Assembly: GCA_049976305.1 (NCBI GenBank) | Contig: JBMFIM010000005.1 | Span: 1-52,383 of the forward strand | Length of the DNA stretch: 52,383 nucleotides | Source of the DNA: Candidatus Micrarchaeia archaeon | Lineage (GTDB): Archaea; Micrarchaeota; Micrarchaeia; Micrarchaeales; CABMGC01 | Direction of reading: 5' to 3' | Translations under genes and position numbers: made by a program | Part shown: positions 36,791-47,578 of the stretch, one piece after another | How positions within the stretch are numbered: the first letter of the stretch is position 1 | Layout: every line of letters begins with the position of its first letter | Notes under the pieces: generated by a model | The model's database searches: none | The model's input: the letters and a program-made list of their open reading frames with translations, nothing else | Told to the model about the DNA's origin: nothing

Positions 36791-37417
36791 CTATCTTGTT
36801 GCCTCATAGATTTCGGCTGCTCCTCTCAGTAGGAAGAAGGTTATTAGATATGCTACAAGTACATAGCCTATTACTTCCGGCCAGTTGAGTATGTAGACCA
36901 GTGCAAGATACGAGAAAACAACAGCCTTCGATACGCCTATTGCGCCTCTGGCAAGATGCGAGTATGCAATTTTTCCAAACTTTGTTTGCATGTTGTGGAA
37001 ATTCTTCTTGCTTGCTGCAGTAAACGCGTCTGAGATAGAGTTTCTTATGAAGACTATGAAAAGGATGAAAAGCGGCACTACGTGCAGATAGGTAAATACA
37101 ACCCAGAACGTATATTCTGTAATTCTGTCGCCTGCTATGTCTAAAGCAGAGCCGTACTTAGGCAGCCTTTCGACATCCTCGTGCGAGTAGACATGCCTGC
37201 CGCTGGCCTCTACCTTAAGATAGTGCAAAATGTTGGTTTTCTTGCCAAGCGCAAAATATCCATCAAGCTCGTCCATGAAAAATGCAATAAGGATGAGCGC
37301 AACAGTGGCCCAGGCATTAAATCTAAGATAGATAAGGTAGCCTATTGCAAATACAAGCAACACGCGCACTACTGTTATTATGTCAGCCGCTCTCACGCCT
37401 TCGCCTTGCTCCAGCAA
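36791..37417 (-). CDS. CDP-alcohol phosphatidyltransferase
   Basis: D.IT..R, D.LDG.FA...G..LD..GD motif and TM helices. Confidence 0.88.
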   Translation of the reverse strand: MLEQGEGVRAADIITVVRVLLVFAIGYLIYLRFNAWATVALILIAFFMDELDGYFALGKKTNILHYLKVEASGRHVYSHEDVERLPKYGSALDIAGDRITEYTFWVVFTYLHVVPLFILFIVFIRNSISDAFTAASKKNFHNMQTKFGKIAYSHLARGAIGVSKAVVFSYLALVYILNWPEVIGYVLVAYLITFFLLRGAAEIYEATR

Positions 37418-37484
37418 TAGTGAGCACTTAGTATTTGGTACAAAAAGTTTAAGATTTATAAGGGTTTGATAAAATAAAACTTAC

Positions 37485-40400
37485 TTGGATGATTTTTTGG
37501 AGGATCCTATCAAGATAGAGGAGGACGTGCTAAAATACTGGAAAGAAAAACAAATACTAGAAAAGGCGAGGAGTAAAAATAGGGGTAAAAAGCCTTTTTA
37601 TTTCCTTGACGGTCCGCCGTTTGTAAGTGGCGATTTGCATCCTGGCCAGATGTGGGTAAAAAGCATGAAGGATGTTTTGCTTCGATACAGGCGTTTCAGA
37701 GGCTATGATGTATATGACCGTGCTGGCTATGATGTGCATGGCTTGCCTATAGAGCTTAGGGCTGAGAACAGCCTAGGTGTTAAATCGAAGAAAGAAATAG
37801 AAATGAAGATTGGAATAGAGAAATTTATACAAAGTTGCAAGAAATATGTCGAATCCTACATTGGGAGGATGGACGCAGATTATGAAAGATTTGGCATTTC
37901 TTTGGATTTTGCTAATCCTTATTTGCCTTATAAAAACAACTACATAGAAACAGAGTGGGAGCTTTTCAAGAGGATGTATGACAAAGGGCTTGTGTATAAG
38001 CAGAAGAAGGTAGTGCCATATTGCACAAGGTGCGGTACTGTGCTTTCCCAGGGTAGCATGGAGGTCGTCTATCATGACGACCCAGATCCTTCGATTTTTG
38101 TGGCATTTAAGGTCCTTAAATCTGCGAAGATAAAATTTGATGGCGAGCTTTACCTGCTTGTATGGACTACAACCCCGTGGACTCTGCCTGCTAACATAGC
38201 AATTGCTGTAAATCCGGAGGCCAAGTATGTGATTGCTAAGTTTGGGGATAGGCATTATGTTCTTTCCAGCGAGAGGCTAGATGCGGTAACTGCGGTGCTT
38301 GGGGAGAGCGCGACTGTTGAAGCTGAGTTCTATGGTAGCGAGCTGGTAGGAACTACATACGAAGGCATACTCCAGGATAAGGTTCCTATGCAAAAGGTCT
38401 ATGCAAAATACCACAAGGTGGTTGAGGCAAAAGAGGTTGTAAGTACAGAAGAGGGTACGGGCCTAGTCCACATAGCACCAGGGCATGGGCTTGATGACTA
38501 CCTTATTGGTGTTAAAAACAAGCTCCCTGTATTCTCGCCAGTTGACAGGGATGGCTTCTATACTGAGGAAGCAGGCGCTTACAAAGGCCTAAAGGTGCCT
38601 GAAGAGGCGAACACAAGGGTTATTGAAGACCTGAAAAGCTCAGGAGCGCTTGTAAACGAAGGCACGCTTACGCACAGCTATCCGCACTGCTGGAGATGTG
38701 ATACAAAGCTGATTTATATCGCCACTGACCAGTGGTTTGTAAACATACAAAGGGCAAAGAAAAGGCTCATTGCAGAGAACAGAAAAGTAAATTGGCATCC
38801 TCCAGTTGCGCAGCAGTGGCAAGAAGATCTTCTTGCAAGTTCCCCTGATTGGGTTATTTCAAGGCAGAGGTATTGGGGGGTGCCAATGCCCGTATGGGAG
38901 TCAGAAGATGGCGAGAGAATTGTAGTAGGCTCGCTGGCTGAATTGAAGGAACATGCTAAAGACAAAGAGGCTGTCGATAAGTTGGCAGATCTGCACAGGC
39001 CTTACATAGACTCCATTGTGCTTGTACGCAATGGAAAAGAGTTTCGAAGGATTAAAGATGTTTTCGATGTTTGGTTTGATTCAGCAATTGCGTTCAGGGC
39101 CAGCCTTACAAGCGAGCAGTTTGAGAAGCTGTTTCCTGTCGATTTTGTGCTTGAAGCAATAGAGCAACTGCGTGGATGGTTTGCATACCAGCTAAAGGTT
39201 GGCGTTCTAGTGTTCAACAGGCGGCCTTTTGAGCATGTAGTCATGCATGGCATGTTGCTAGGCGAGGACGGCAGGGAAATGCACAAGCACCTTGGCAACT
39301 ATGTGCCTCTTCAAGAAATCCTAAAGCAGACTACTGCAGACTCTTTTAGGCTATGGTGCGTTTCTCACAAGCCTCAGGAATCTGATCTTGTGTTTAGAAT
39401 GAAAGATATACAAGATGCCAACAAGATAGTAATACTTCTTTACAACATAGAGAATTTGGTAAAGGAGCTTTCGGCATTGACGAGATACGACCTGAGCAAC
39501 GTCAAGGCGCCCAAGCCCGAGGACTATGAAGACAAATGGATACTTTCACGGCTCCATTCACTCATCAACTCCACTACCACCTATCTCGACAACTATGATA
39601 TTGCAGACGCTGCTATTTCGCTAAGGAACTTCCTTGTCGAAGATTTTAGTAGGCTTTATCTTAAGCTTGCAAAAAAAGACGCAGCTATTGGCAAAGCCAA
39701 AGCTAAGAAGAAGCTAAGGGTAATAAACCACGTCCTTTACAACATGCTTTTGCTTCTTTCTCCTTTCATTCCTTTCTCTACCGAGAAGGTCTATATCGAT
39801 CTCTACAACTTCAAAGAGAGCATATCGCTTGAAGATTGGCCTAGGGCTAAGAATTCCCTTATCGACAAGAATGTTGAGGAGGCGTTCGAAATAGGCAAAA
39901 AGGCGGTTACAGCTTTGCTTGGCGCTAGGGCAAAGGCTGGAATAAAGCTCAGGCAGCCCCTTGAAAAGGCAACGATAGAGGTTAAAGACGAAACTGCATT
40001 GGAGGTACTTGAGAAGCTTGTAGGAATAATAGAAGAGCTTACCAATATAGAGAGCATATCTGTGAAAAAGGTTGCGGCGCTTGGAGGAAAGAGAGTAGTG
40101 CCTGTATTCAGCAAGATAGGGCCGAAGTTTAAGGAAAACGCACAGGCTGTTGCAGATGCGCTCAAGGCTACTGATGCTGACAAACTGGAGTCTGAGATAG
40201 AGCAGCATGGCTATTTCGAGATACATACAGCTAAAGGCACATTCAACATAGAGCCTGGCGATTACTCGATAATTCAAGAAGCCGTTCAGCAAGACGCAGA
40301 GCAGTTCGGGTACGGGCTAGTGAGGGTAGACAGGAACATAAGCGAAAGGCTTAAGCTAGAAACGCTTGTTAGAGAAATAGAGAGAAGGATACAGCTTTCC

Positions 40401-40613
40401 AGGAAGAAGCACCAGCTCAAGAAGGTAGACAAGATACTAATCTTTTACGAGGCTGAGCCAAGGCTTTCAACGATAATAGAAGAGAACAAGCCAAGGATAA
40501 TGGCTGACGTAAGGGCAAAAGAAATCAAAGAAGGCCTGCAGGCAGACTTGCAGCAGGAGGCCTATGACATAGACGGTGTGCCGATAAAGATCCAGATAAA
40601 GAAGCTAGACTAA
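37485..40613 (+). CDS. ileS: Isoleucine--tRNA ligase
   Basis: DGPPF, GYDVHGLPIE, WTTTPWTLP, GTG.VH.APGHG.DD, ISRQRYWG and DVWFDS motifs. Confidence 0.96.
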   Translation: MDDFLEDPIKIEEDVLKYWKEKQILEKARSKNRGKKPFYFLDGPPFVSGDLHPGQMWVKSMKDVLLRYRRFRGYDVYDRAGYDVHGLPIELRAENSLGVKSKKEIEMKIGIEKFIQSCKKYVESYIGRMDADYERFGISLDFANPYLPYKNNYIETEWELFKRMYDKGLVYKQKKVVPYCTRCGTVLSQGSMEVVYHDDPDPSIFVAFKVLKSAKIKFDGELYLLVWTTTPWTLPANIAIAVNPEAKYVIAKFGDRHYVLSSERLDAVTAVLGESATVEAEFYGSELVGTTYEGILQDKVPMQKVYAKYHKVVEAKEVVSTEEGTGLVHIAPGHGLDDYLIGVKNKLPVFSPVDRDGFYTEEAGAYKGLKVPEEANTRVIEDLKSSGALVNEGTLTHSYPHCWRCDTKLIYIATDQWFVNIQRAKKRLIAENRKVNWHPPVAQQWQEDLLASSPDWVISRQRYWGVPMPVWESEDGERIVVGSLAELKEHAKDKEAVDKLADLHRPYIDSIVLVRNGKEFRRIKDVFDVWFDSAIAFRASLTSEQFEKLFPVDFVLEAIEQLRGWFAYQLKVGVLVFNRRPFEHVVMHGMLLGEDGREMHKHLGNYVPLQEILKQTTADSFRLWCVSHKPQESDLVFRMKDIQDANKIVILLYNIENLVKELSALTRYDLSNVKAPKPEDYEDKWILSRLHSLINSTTTYLDNYDIADAAISLRNFLVEDFSRLYLKLAKKDAAIGKAKAKKKLRVINHVLYNMLLLLSPFIPFSTEKVYIDLYNFKESISLEDWPRAKNSLIDKNVEEAFEIGKKAVTALLGARAKAGIKLRQPLEKATIEVKDETALEVLEKLVGIIEELTNIESISVKKVAALGGKRVVPVFSKIGPKFKENAQAVADALKATDADKLESEIEQHGYFEIHTAKGTFNIEPGDYSIIQEAVQQDAEQFGYGLVRVDRNISERLKLETLVREIERRIQLSRKKHQLKKVDKILIFYEAEPRLSTIIEENKPRIMADVRAKEIKEGLQADLQQEAYDIDGVPIKIQIKKLD

Positions 40614-40823
40614 GCTCACTGTAATAAGTGCAGCGTCGCTTTCCTTCGCGCTCTTGAAAAGCTTCCTCTTGTTTATATCGCTCCAGCAGTCCTTGCAGAT
40701 CACTAGCCTTATTGACTTGTTTACCCTTCTCGAGCTTTTCACGCACTCAGTCCCTATCTTCCTTCCGCAGAAGTTGCAGACCTCATATTTGTAAATCTCC
40801 CTGTTGCATCTTTCGCAAAGCAT
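40605..40823 (-). CDS. Small Cys-rich zinc-finger protein
   Basis: CERC, CNFC, C and CKDC. Confidence 0.7.
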   Translation of the reverse strand: MLCERCNREIYKYEVCNFCGRKIGTECVKSSRRVNKSIRLVICKDCWSDINKRKLFKSAKESDAALITVSLV

Positions 40824-40890
40824 GAAATCACAAATTCTTTGTTGTGAAAAATATAAAAACATTTATTATGCTGGCTCGTCTGCTTGTTTG

Positions 40891-41226
40891 CTATTTTCTG
40901 TGTGCCGAAAATTCTTCCAGCAACAAGATTGTATTCCTAATAACACTTTTATTTTCAAGCTCTGCTGATGCCAATGCTACATAAGCGGGATTGTAGGCAT
41001 TATTGTCTATTTGGGCAGCATAGCCCTTCTGGCAAAGCTCCTCTATGAGCTTGCGAAGCCTTTGTCCAGTTGCTATGCTATCTTTCCCTCCAAAGGCAAC
41101 CCAGCAAAGCTTTTGAATTTCAGACAGTGTTGCTGGCGTTTTGTTTTTGTCATTGATGTATTTGATGATGCTCCATATTACCAGTCTTTCCCTCTCTTCG
41201 CTGCTCTCTTTTTGTCCTTCTTCCAT
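40891..41226 (-). CDS. Small hypothetical protein, possibly winged helix
   Basis: TLSEIQK...LRKLIEEL.QKGY pattern. Confidence 0.55.
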   Translation of the reverse strand: MEEGQKESSEERERLVIWSIIKYINDKNKTPATLSEIQKLCWVAFGGKDSIATGQRLRKLIEELCQKGYAAQIDNNAYNPAYVALASAELENKSVIRNTILLLEEFSAHRK

Positions 41227-41309
41227 CAATCATATAACAACTTAAGGCTTAAAAACAGTTTCTGAATTAGGCGAAATCAATAAGTAGGTGCTTGTGCTAA
41301 ACTGTCATT

Positions 41310-42593
41310 GTGGCAAAAATACTAATCGAGACCTATGGCTGCACGCTCAATCAGGCAGACAGCGAAGTAATGGCTAGCCTGCTCTCTTCCAGTGGCCATG
41401 AGGTAAGCACAGAGCCTGGCTATGCCTCTTCCTATGATATAGTCATATTGAATACTTGCACTGTGAAAACCCCTACAGAGCAGAAAATACTTGACAGGGT
41501 TAAGAAGCTTTCCCAGCTGGGTACAAGGCTTATTGTAGCCGGCTGCTTAGCGACAGCAAGCCCAGAAAAGATACTGGCATTAGCCCCAAAGGCAAGCATT
41601 TTGAGCCTGCAGAATGTAGACTTGATAAACGAGGTGGTTTCTGCAGCTGTGAGCGGCAAAAGCGTGCGGATTGATGAGAGGAGAAGGCTCGATAAGCTAC
41701 AATTCTTCCAGCCAAACGGCTCAGTTATTGCAAAGATCCCGATAGGCGAGGGCTGTCTTGGAAATTGCACATTTTGTGAGACAAAATTCGCTCGCGGGCC
41801 TTTGAACAGCTTCTCCCCAGAGCTTGTCTTGCGCGCAGTAAAGCTTAGCGTTGAGAAAGGGGCCAAGGAAATAGAGCTTACCTCTCAGGACACCGGCGCA
41901 TATGGCGTTGACAGAAAGACTGACTTGGTGCATCTTTTGGAGAGCATAGTTCAGCTTGATGGTGATTTCAAGCTAAGGCTTGGCATGCTCAATCCGGAGC
42001 ATCTTGCAAGGCTTATCGACGGGCTAGTTGAGGTTTACAGAAGCAACAAGATGTACAAATTCATCCATATTCCAGTGCAATCTGGAAGCGACAGCGTACT
42101 AAGGGCTATGAGGCGCAGCTACTCTGTTGACGAGTTCCTTGCCTATGTCAAGGAGCTTAGGAACAAGGTAAACGGCATTAGCATAGAAACTGACATTATA
42201 GTGGGATTTCCTACAGAGACCAGGTCAGATTTCGAGAAGACTCTCGAATTGCTGAACGAGGCCAGGCCTGAGGTGACGAATGTCTCAAAGTTCGGCGCAA
42301 GGCCCCACGCTGAGGCCTCTAAGCTTAAGCAGCTTGACAACATTGAGATAAAGAAAAGGAGCATTGAGGCGAGCAGGCTGGTGAGAAGCATACAGTATGA
42401 GTCAAGAAGAAAGCATGTAGGAGAATTGCAGGAAGTGCTTGTAACAGAGCAAAATTCCAGCTCGTCTGTAGGCAGGAACAGCTCCTATCTCTCTGTCGCT
42501 TTTCCAGGCAAGAGGCTTGGCCTTGGAATTATGGCAATGGCGAGGATAACAAGCAACACCTATTCCACGCTGCTTGCTGAACCTGCATTGTGA
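41310..42593 (+). CDS. tRNA t6A37 methylthiotransferase (MtaB/CDKAL1-like radical SAM)
   Basis: TYGC..N.ADSE, NTC.V, AGC, EGCLGNCTFC, QDTGAYG, HIPVQSGS and DIIVGFP.ET motifs. Confidence 0.9.
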   Translation: MAKILIETYGCTLNQADSEVMASLLSSSGHEVSTEPGYASSYDIVILNTCTVKTPTEQKILDRVKKLSQLGTRLIVAGCLATASPEKILALAPKASILSLQNVDLINEVVSAAVSGKSVRIDERRRLDKLQFFQPNGSVIAKIPIGEGCLGNCTFCETKFARGPLNSFSPELVLRAVKLSVEKGAKEIELTSQDTGAYGVDRKTDLVHLLESIVQLDGDFKLRLGMLNPEHLARLIDGLVEVYRSNKMYKFIHIPVQSGSDSVLRAMRRSYSVDEFLAYVKELRNKVNGISIETDIIVGFPTETRSDFEKTLELLNEARPEVTNVSKFGARPHAEASKLKQLDNIEIKKRSIEASRLVRSIQYESRRKHVGELQEVLVTEQNSSSSVGRNSSYLSVAFPGKRLGLGIMAMARITSNTYSTLLAEPAL

Positions 42594-42630
42594 TATCTAT
42601 TTTTTAAATATCTCATTCCAATGTTTAAGT

Positions 42631-43959
42631 ATGTATTCTCCAGAGATAGAGAAGCTTCTAGCAAAGCAACGCATACAGGTTGGAGATAGGATAAAGCTTG
42701 TAAAAGGCAAGGAGGCGTTTGAAGGCATACTCATGCCGAGGCCAGAGCTTGGCGACAGGTCTGTTTTTGTCATAAAGCTGGATAACGGCTACAACATAGG
42801 AATAAGGTATTCTCCCAGCGTGCAGGTAAAGAGGCTAAGCTCACACAGGGCTTCTTTCGAATTCCCCAAGCTGCGCGTTGAGAAGAAGCCTTCCCTTCCA
42901 ACCATAGCCTTGATTGCTACAGGCGGCACCATAGGAAGCAGGGTAGACTACCTTACAGGCGGCGTATACATGCTTGTAAAGCCTGAAGAGCTTCTTTACG
43001 AAGTGCCTGAAATTGCAGAGATAGCAAACCTGAGAATAGAGAACCCCATGAACATCGCAAGCGAGGATATGACTTATGTAGAGTGGCAGAAGATAGCTAA
43101 GGCAGTTGCAGACGCATTCAAGAAAGGGGCTCACGGCGTTGTAGTGACGCATGGCACAGACACTATGCATTACTCCTCAGCAGCCTTAAGCTTTATGCTT
43201 CAAAATCTTCCTGGGCCGGTGGTGCTAACAGGCGCCCAAAGGAGCAGCGATAGAGGCTCTAGCGACGCATTCATGAACCTTGTATGCTCCTCTATCTTGG
43301 CTGCAAAGTCAGACATAGCAGAGGTAGGCATATGCATGCATGCTACAAGCAGCGACAACTTCTGCCATTTCATCAGGGGAACAAAGGCGAGAAAGATGCA
43401 TACATCAAGAAGGGACGCCTTTAGACCCGTTAACAACTTGCCAATAGCAAAGGTAAGCCCAGAAGGCAGCATAGAATACATCTCGCCTTATGCCAAGCCC
43501 TCTGGCAAGGAGCTAGAGCTCAAAACCGGCTATGAGCCTCGTGTGGCCCTTGTGAAGTTTTATCCAAATTCAGACCCGGACATTGTGGACTATTATGTAA
43601 GCAAAGGCTACAAAGGGCTGATAATAGAGGGCACAGGCCTTGGCCATGTTGCTGTGAAGCCAAGCGATGACAGGCTTTCATGGATTCCACACATAAAGCA
43701 GGCAGTCGATTCTGGACTGGTTGTCGGCGTTGCCTCCCAGTGCCTATATGGCAGAACAAACTCAAACGTATACAGGAATCTTAGGCTGCTTACCCAGGCC
43801 GGCGCTGTACATTGTGAAGATATGCTGCCAGAGGTCGCGCTTGTCAAGCTAGGCTTTCTGCTCGGCAACTACAAGAGAGAAGAGGCAGAAGCGATGCTCA
43901 ACAAAAACCTCGTAGGAGAGATATCTGCAAGAAGCGAGTACGACTGGTTTATGGTGTAA
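42631..43959 (+). CDS. gatD: Glu-tRNA(Gln) amidotransferase subunit D
   Basis: KL.NGYNIG, TGGTI.SRVDY.TG, HGTDT, GAQRSSDR.SSD and KMHTSRRDAF motifs. Confidence 0.97.
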   Translation: MYSPEIEKLLAKQRIQVGDRIKLVKGKEAFEGILMPRPELGDRSVFVIKLDNGYNIGIRYSPSVQVKRLSSHRASFEFPKLRVEKKPSLPTIALIATGGTIGSRVDYLTGGVYMLVKPEELLYEVPEIAEIANLRIENPMNIASEDMTYVEWQKIAKAVADAFKKGAHGVVVTHGTDTMHYSSAALSFMLQNLPGPVVLTGAQRSSDRGSSDAFMNLVCSSILAAKSDIAEVGICMHATSSDNFCHFIRGTKARKMHTSRRDAFRPVNNLPIAKVSPEGSIEYISPYAKPSGKELELKTGYEPRVALVKFYPNSDPDIVDYYVSKGYKGLIIEGTGLGHVAVKPSDDRLSWIPHIKQAVDSGLVVGVASQCLYGRTNSNVYRNLRLLTQAGAVHCEDMLPEVALVKLGFLLGNYKREEAEAMLNKNLVGEISARSEYDWFMV

Positions 43960-43961
43960 GC

Positions 43962-45803
43962 ATGAAAGATGAGCATTATTACAAGCAGCTCGGGTTCAAA
44001 TGCGGGCTGGAGATACACCAGCGTTTGGATACTGCTGAGAAGCTTTTCTGCTCGTGCTCGCCGAGGCTAGAGGAAGAGCCTCTGCTTGGAAATGTTGAGA
44101 GAAGGCAGAGGGCAGTAGCCGGAGAGCTTGGGAAAGTAGACTGGGCAACGCAGTTTGAGGGAAGCAAGGGCAGGAAGTTTGTTTACCAGGTATACCGCAG
44201 CACAGTCTGCCTTGTAGATATAGACGAGGAGCCTCCGCACGACTTGAACAGCGAAGCTTTGGACATTGCCCTCAAGATAGCTGCAAACCTTCATGCGCAC
44301 GTGCCTGACGAGCTTGAAGTAATGAGGAAGGTCGTCATAGACGGCAGCGACCCAAGCGCGTTCCAAAGGACTCTGCTTGTGGGGTATGACGGCTATATAG
44401 AAGTGGACGGTAAGAAAATAAGCATACCTTCGATTTTCCTGGAAGAAGAGTCAAGCGGCATCGTAAGCAGCGATTCGGGGAAGGTAGTTTACGATGTCAG
44501 AAGACTAGGCATACCGCTAATAGAGATAGACACTGCCCCAGAAATATCCTCGCCACAGGAAGCAAAGGAGGCTGCGCAGGCAATAGGTCTTTTACTTAGG
44601 CTCGTGGGCAAGGTGCAGAGGGGAATAGGAACGATAAGGCAGGATGTTAATGTGTCAATAGCCAAAGGCGCGAGGGTGGAGATAAAAGGCTTCCAGGATT
44701 TAGACACAATGCCTGAAATAATAGAAAGCGAGATAGAAAGGCAACTTAATCTGCTTAGGATAAGGGAATCTTTGCAAGAGAGGAAGGCAGCAGTGGGCAA
44801 GCCCGTTGATCTTACTGACATTCTGAAAAGCACAGCGGTGAGGCTTATAAAAAGCAGCATAGATGCAGGTGGCATAGTGCTGGGCGCAAGGCTAAAAGGC
44901 TTCAAAGGCTTGCTCGGATTTGAGATAAACAAGAACAGAAGGCTTGGCACAGAGATAAGCGAGTATGCAAAGCTTGCAGGCATAGGCGGCATAATCCACA
45001 GCGACGAGGACCTGTCTCATTATGGATTTAGCAATGAGGAAATAAGCCTGGTGTCAAAGGCGCTTGGAGTTAAAGAGAACGACGCTTTCATTTTGATCTC
45101 AGGGCCTAGAGAGCAATGCACGCTTGCAATGAAGTTTGCGCTTGAGCGTGCTTCACGCGCAATCTATGAGGTTCCAAAAGAAACTAGGGCTGCAGATACA
45201 AAGAATCTTGTCACAAAATTCTTGAGGCCTCTACCCGGGGGCTCGCGCATGTATCCTGAGACTGACATAAGGCCTATAGCAATAGACAGGAAGAAGCTCA
45301 GCGAATATGAAAAGGGAGTTGTGAGCATAGCGAAAGTAAGGAGCGAGCTTCTTAAGGAAATAGAGAATCCGGACCTCGCTGAGCAGATGCTATGGTCTCC
45401 TCTGCTTAGCCTATACAACGAAATAGTGGGCAAGACAGGAGTTCCAGGATATGTGGTCGCGCCCATACTGCTTGAAAAACTTACAGAGCTCAGAAGGCAA
45501 GGAATAGATATTGACTCTATACCTAATGAGGCCATGCTTGCTGTTTTCGAGGAATACAAGGCCAACGCAGTGACAAAGGCCGGCATTGAAGAGCTGTTGA
45601 AGCGCACGCCAAAGAGCAGGGCAGATGTGCAGAGGCTTATTAGAGAGCTTGGCTTGGAGAGAATAACGGGCAAGAGGCTTGAAGCCTTGCTCAAAGGGTT
45701 TGAAGGAAAAAGTAAGGAAGAAACGCTTAGAGAAATCATGTCAAAGTACAGGCTCAACGTAGACGGGAATGAGTTAAAGGCCTTGCTTTCAATGAAGGAA
45801 TAG
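43962..45803 (+). CDS. gatE: Glu-tRNA(Gln) amidotransferase subunit E
   Basis: GLEIHQ.L, DEEPPH, VIDGS...FQRT, RG.GTIRQD and RPLPG..RMYPETD motifs. Confidence 0.97.
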   Translation: MKDEHYYKQLGFKCGLEIHQRLDTAEKLFCSCSPRLEEEPLLGNVERRQRAVAGELGKVDWATQFEGSKGRKFVYQVYRSTVCLVDIDEEPPHDLNSEALDIALKIAANLHAHVPDELEVMRKVVIDGSDPSAFQRTLLVGYDGYIEVDGKKISIPSIFLEEESSGIVSSDSGKVVYDVRRLGIPLIEIDTAPEISSPQEAKEAAQAIGLLLRLVGKVQRGIGTIRQDVNVSIAKGARVEIKGFQDLDTMPEIIESEIERQLNLLRIRESLQERKAAVGKPVDLTDILKSTAVRLIKSSIDAGGIVLGARLKGFKGLLGFEINKNRRLGTEISEYAKLAGIGGIIHSDEDLSHYGFSNEEISLVSKALGVKENDAFILISGPREQCTLAMKFALERASRAIYEVPKETRAADTKNLVTKFLRPLPGGSRMYPETDIRPIAIDRKKLSEYEKGVVSIAKVRSELLKEIENPDLAEQMLWSPLLSLYNEIVGKTGVPGYVVAPILLEKLTELRRQGIDIDSIPNEAMLAVFEEYKANAVTKAGIEELLKRTPKSRADVQRLIRELGLERITGKRLEALLKGFEGKSKEETLREIMSKYRLNVDGNELKALLSMKE

Positions 45804-45811
45804 CCCCGCTT

Positions 45812-47563
45812 CTATTTTCTGCTTTTTGCCTTTATGCTGCTTATTTCATTGAGCAGTTCCTTTTCGTCATCGCTAAGAAGGTACGCAAACTTTGTCTTCA
45901 GAAGCCTTTCTTCATCATCGTTGATGAAGGTGTAGAGGGTCTCGCCCTCCTTCACCTGCCTGCCAAATGTGACTTCGTCCATTGATATTGCCACATCCTT
46001 TCCTGCCCGTGCCTCATCAAGCCTTATCCCGTTTTCCTGTATTTCCTTAACCCTTCCTACAACATCCCCTTTGGAATTCATGGCTAGAGCGCTCGGAACA
46101 AGCCTGCCCGCAACAACCTCAATTCCAAAGATTGCAGGCTTAGACATTCTGAACATTGCATTCGGCAACACTACAAACTTTGCAGGAAGTGTTACCATTT
46201 TCAGTGCCATCTTCTTTTCTTCTTCTTTTGCTCGCTTTAGCCAATTCTGGTAGGTGTCCAACACCTCATATATTATGTTGCTGCTGATTATGTCCACCTT
46301 CGTCGCCTCGCTTTCCTCTTTTGCTTCTTGGTTTATGGGAACGTTGAAGGCAAGCACTACTGCGCTATATGGGTCTATGGCTCTCATCGCGTAAGCATCG
46401 AGTACGTCTTTTTTTGTAACTTCCCCTATGCCCTTCTTGCTTATGCTTATGCCTGCACTTTTCAAAAGCCTAGACAGGGCTTCAAGACTGCCGAGCGTAT
46501 CTGCTTTGAGCACTATCCCGCTTTTATCTACCTGGAATACTTCGTTGAGCTCCTGGCTTAGCTCTAGCTGATAATTCTTCACCTTTGTGGACATTACCAA
46601 GGATCCTGGCAGCGCTTCTTCAAGGCCCGGGGCGCTTATCTTGATGCCGGCTGCAGCGCTTACAGTGTTTGTGGAATAGAATTTGCTCAGCGACTCCCTT
46701 ATTTCTTGCAGGGGCCTTGGCCTTAGCAAGGCCTTTATTTTTGTAGTCTTCACGCCGTCAAGAGTTGCAAAGGCGATGGTGTCGCCCACGCTCAAAGTGC
46801 CGTTGTAGAGAATAACATCTATTGTTGTTCCCAATCCTGTTTCCTCCTTCTTTTCTATTATGCTTCCTATTCCTGGCCCGCTTTCCTCTATGGTGAGCCT
46901 TGCTTCAAGGAATTTTTGCGCAAGCCCGGAAACAAATACAATAAGTTCTGCAAGGCCCTCTCCAGTTTTGGCGCTTAGAGGTACAACCACCACTTCCTTT
47001 TTGAAGTCCTTTACCCTATCAAATCTTTCGCTGCTGAAGCCAAGCTCGCTTAGTTTGCCTATGAGCTCGTAGGTTTTTGATTCCAGCTCATTTACAACGT
47101 GCTCAGGCTGCTGCTTTAATGCCTCAAGGAAACTGTATGTCTGCGTGCTTCTCCAACCAGTAATAAGGTCTATTTTGTTCGCTGCCACTACGAATGGAGT
47201 CTTGTACTCTTTGAGTATGTCTATTGCTTCATATGTTTGCGGCTCGAACCCTTTCGATACGTCCACAACCAAGATTGCCAAATCAGCTACAGCTCCGCCT
47301 CTTTTCCTAAGGTTTGTGAAAGCTTCATGGCCTGGCGTGTCTATGAACAATAGCCCAGGTATCTTGAGCTTTCCTCCGAAAGTCTTTAGCAACGACCCTG
47401 CAATCTTTTCAATAACGTCTATCGGCACTTCGCTGGCTCCTATGTGTTGTGTTATGCCACCAGCTTCTTTGCTTGCTATGGCCGTGCTCCTTATCTTGTC
47501 TAACAAGGTTGTCTTGCCGTGGTCCACGTGGCCCATCACACAAATAATAGGCTGCCTTATCAT
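45812..47563 (-). CDS. infB: Translation initiation factor aIF5B (IF-2)
   Basis: GHVDHGKTT, GGITQHIGA, DTPGHEAF, NKID and KADTLGSLEAL motifs. Confidence 0.97.
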   Translation of the reverse strand: MIRQPIICVMGHVDHGKTTLLDKIRSTAIASKEAGGITQHIGASEVPIDVIEKIAGSLLKTFGGKLKIPGLLFIDTPGHEAFTNLRKRGGAVADLAILVVDVSKGFEPQTYEAIDILKEYKTPFVVAANKIDLITGWRSTQTYSFLEALKQQPEHVVNELESKTYELIGKLSELGFSSERFDRVKDFKKEVVVVPLSAKTGEGLAELIVFVSGLAQKFLEARLTIEESGPGIGSIIEKKEETGLGTTIDVILYNGTLSVGDTIAFATLDGVKTTKIKALLRPRPLQEIRESLSKFYSTNTVSAAAGIKISAPGLEEALPGSLVMSTKVKNYQLELSQELNEVFQVDKSGIVLKADTLGSLEALSRLLKSAGISISKKGIGEVTKKDVLDAYAMRAIDPYSAVVLAFNVPINQEAKEESEATKVDIISSNIIYEVLDTYQNWLKRAKEEEKKMALKMVTLPAKFVVLPNAMFRMSKPAIFGIEVVAGRLVPSALAMNSKGDVVGRVKEIQENGIRLDEARAGKDVAISMDEVTFGRQVKEGETLYTFINDDEERLLKTKFAYLLSDDEKELLNEISSIKAKSRK

Positions 47564-47578
47564 TCTGCTTACCCTTTA

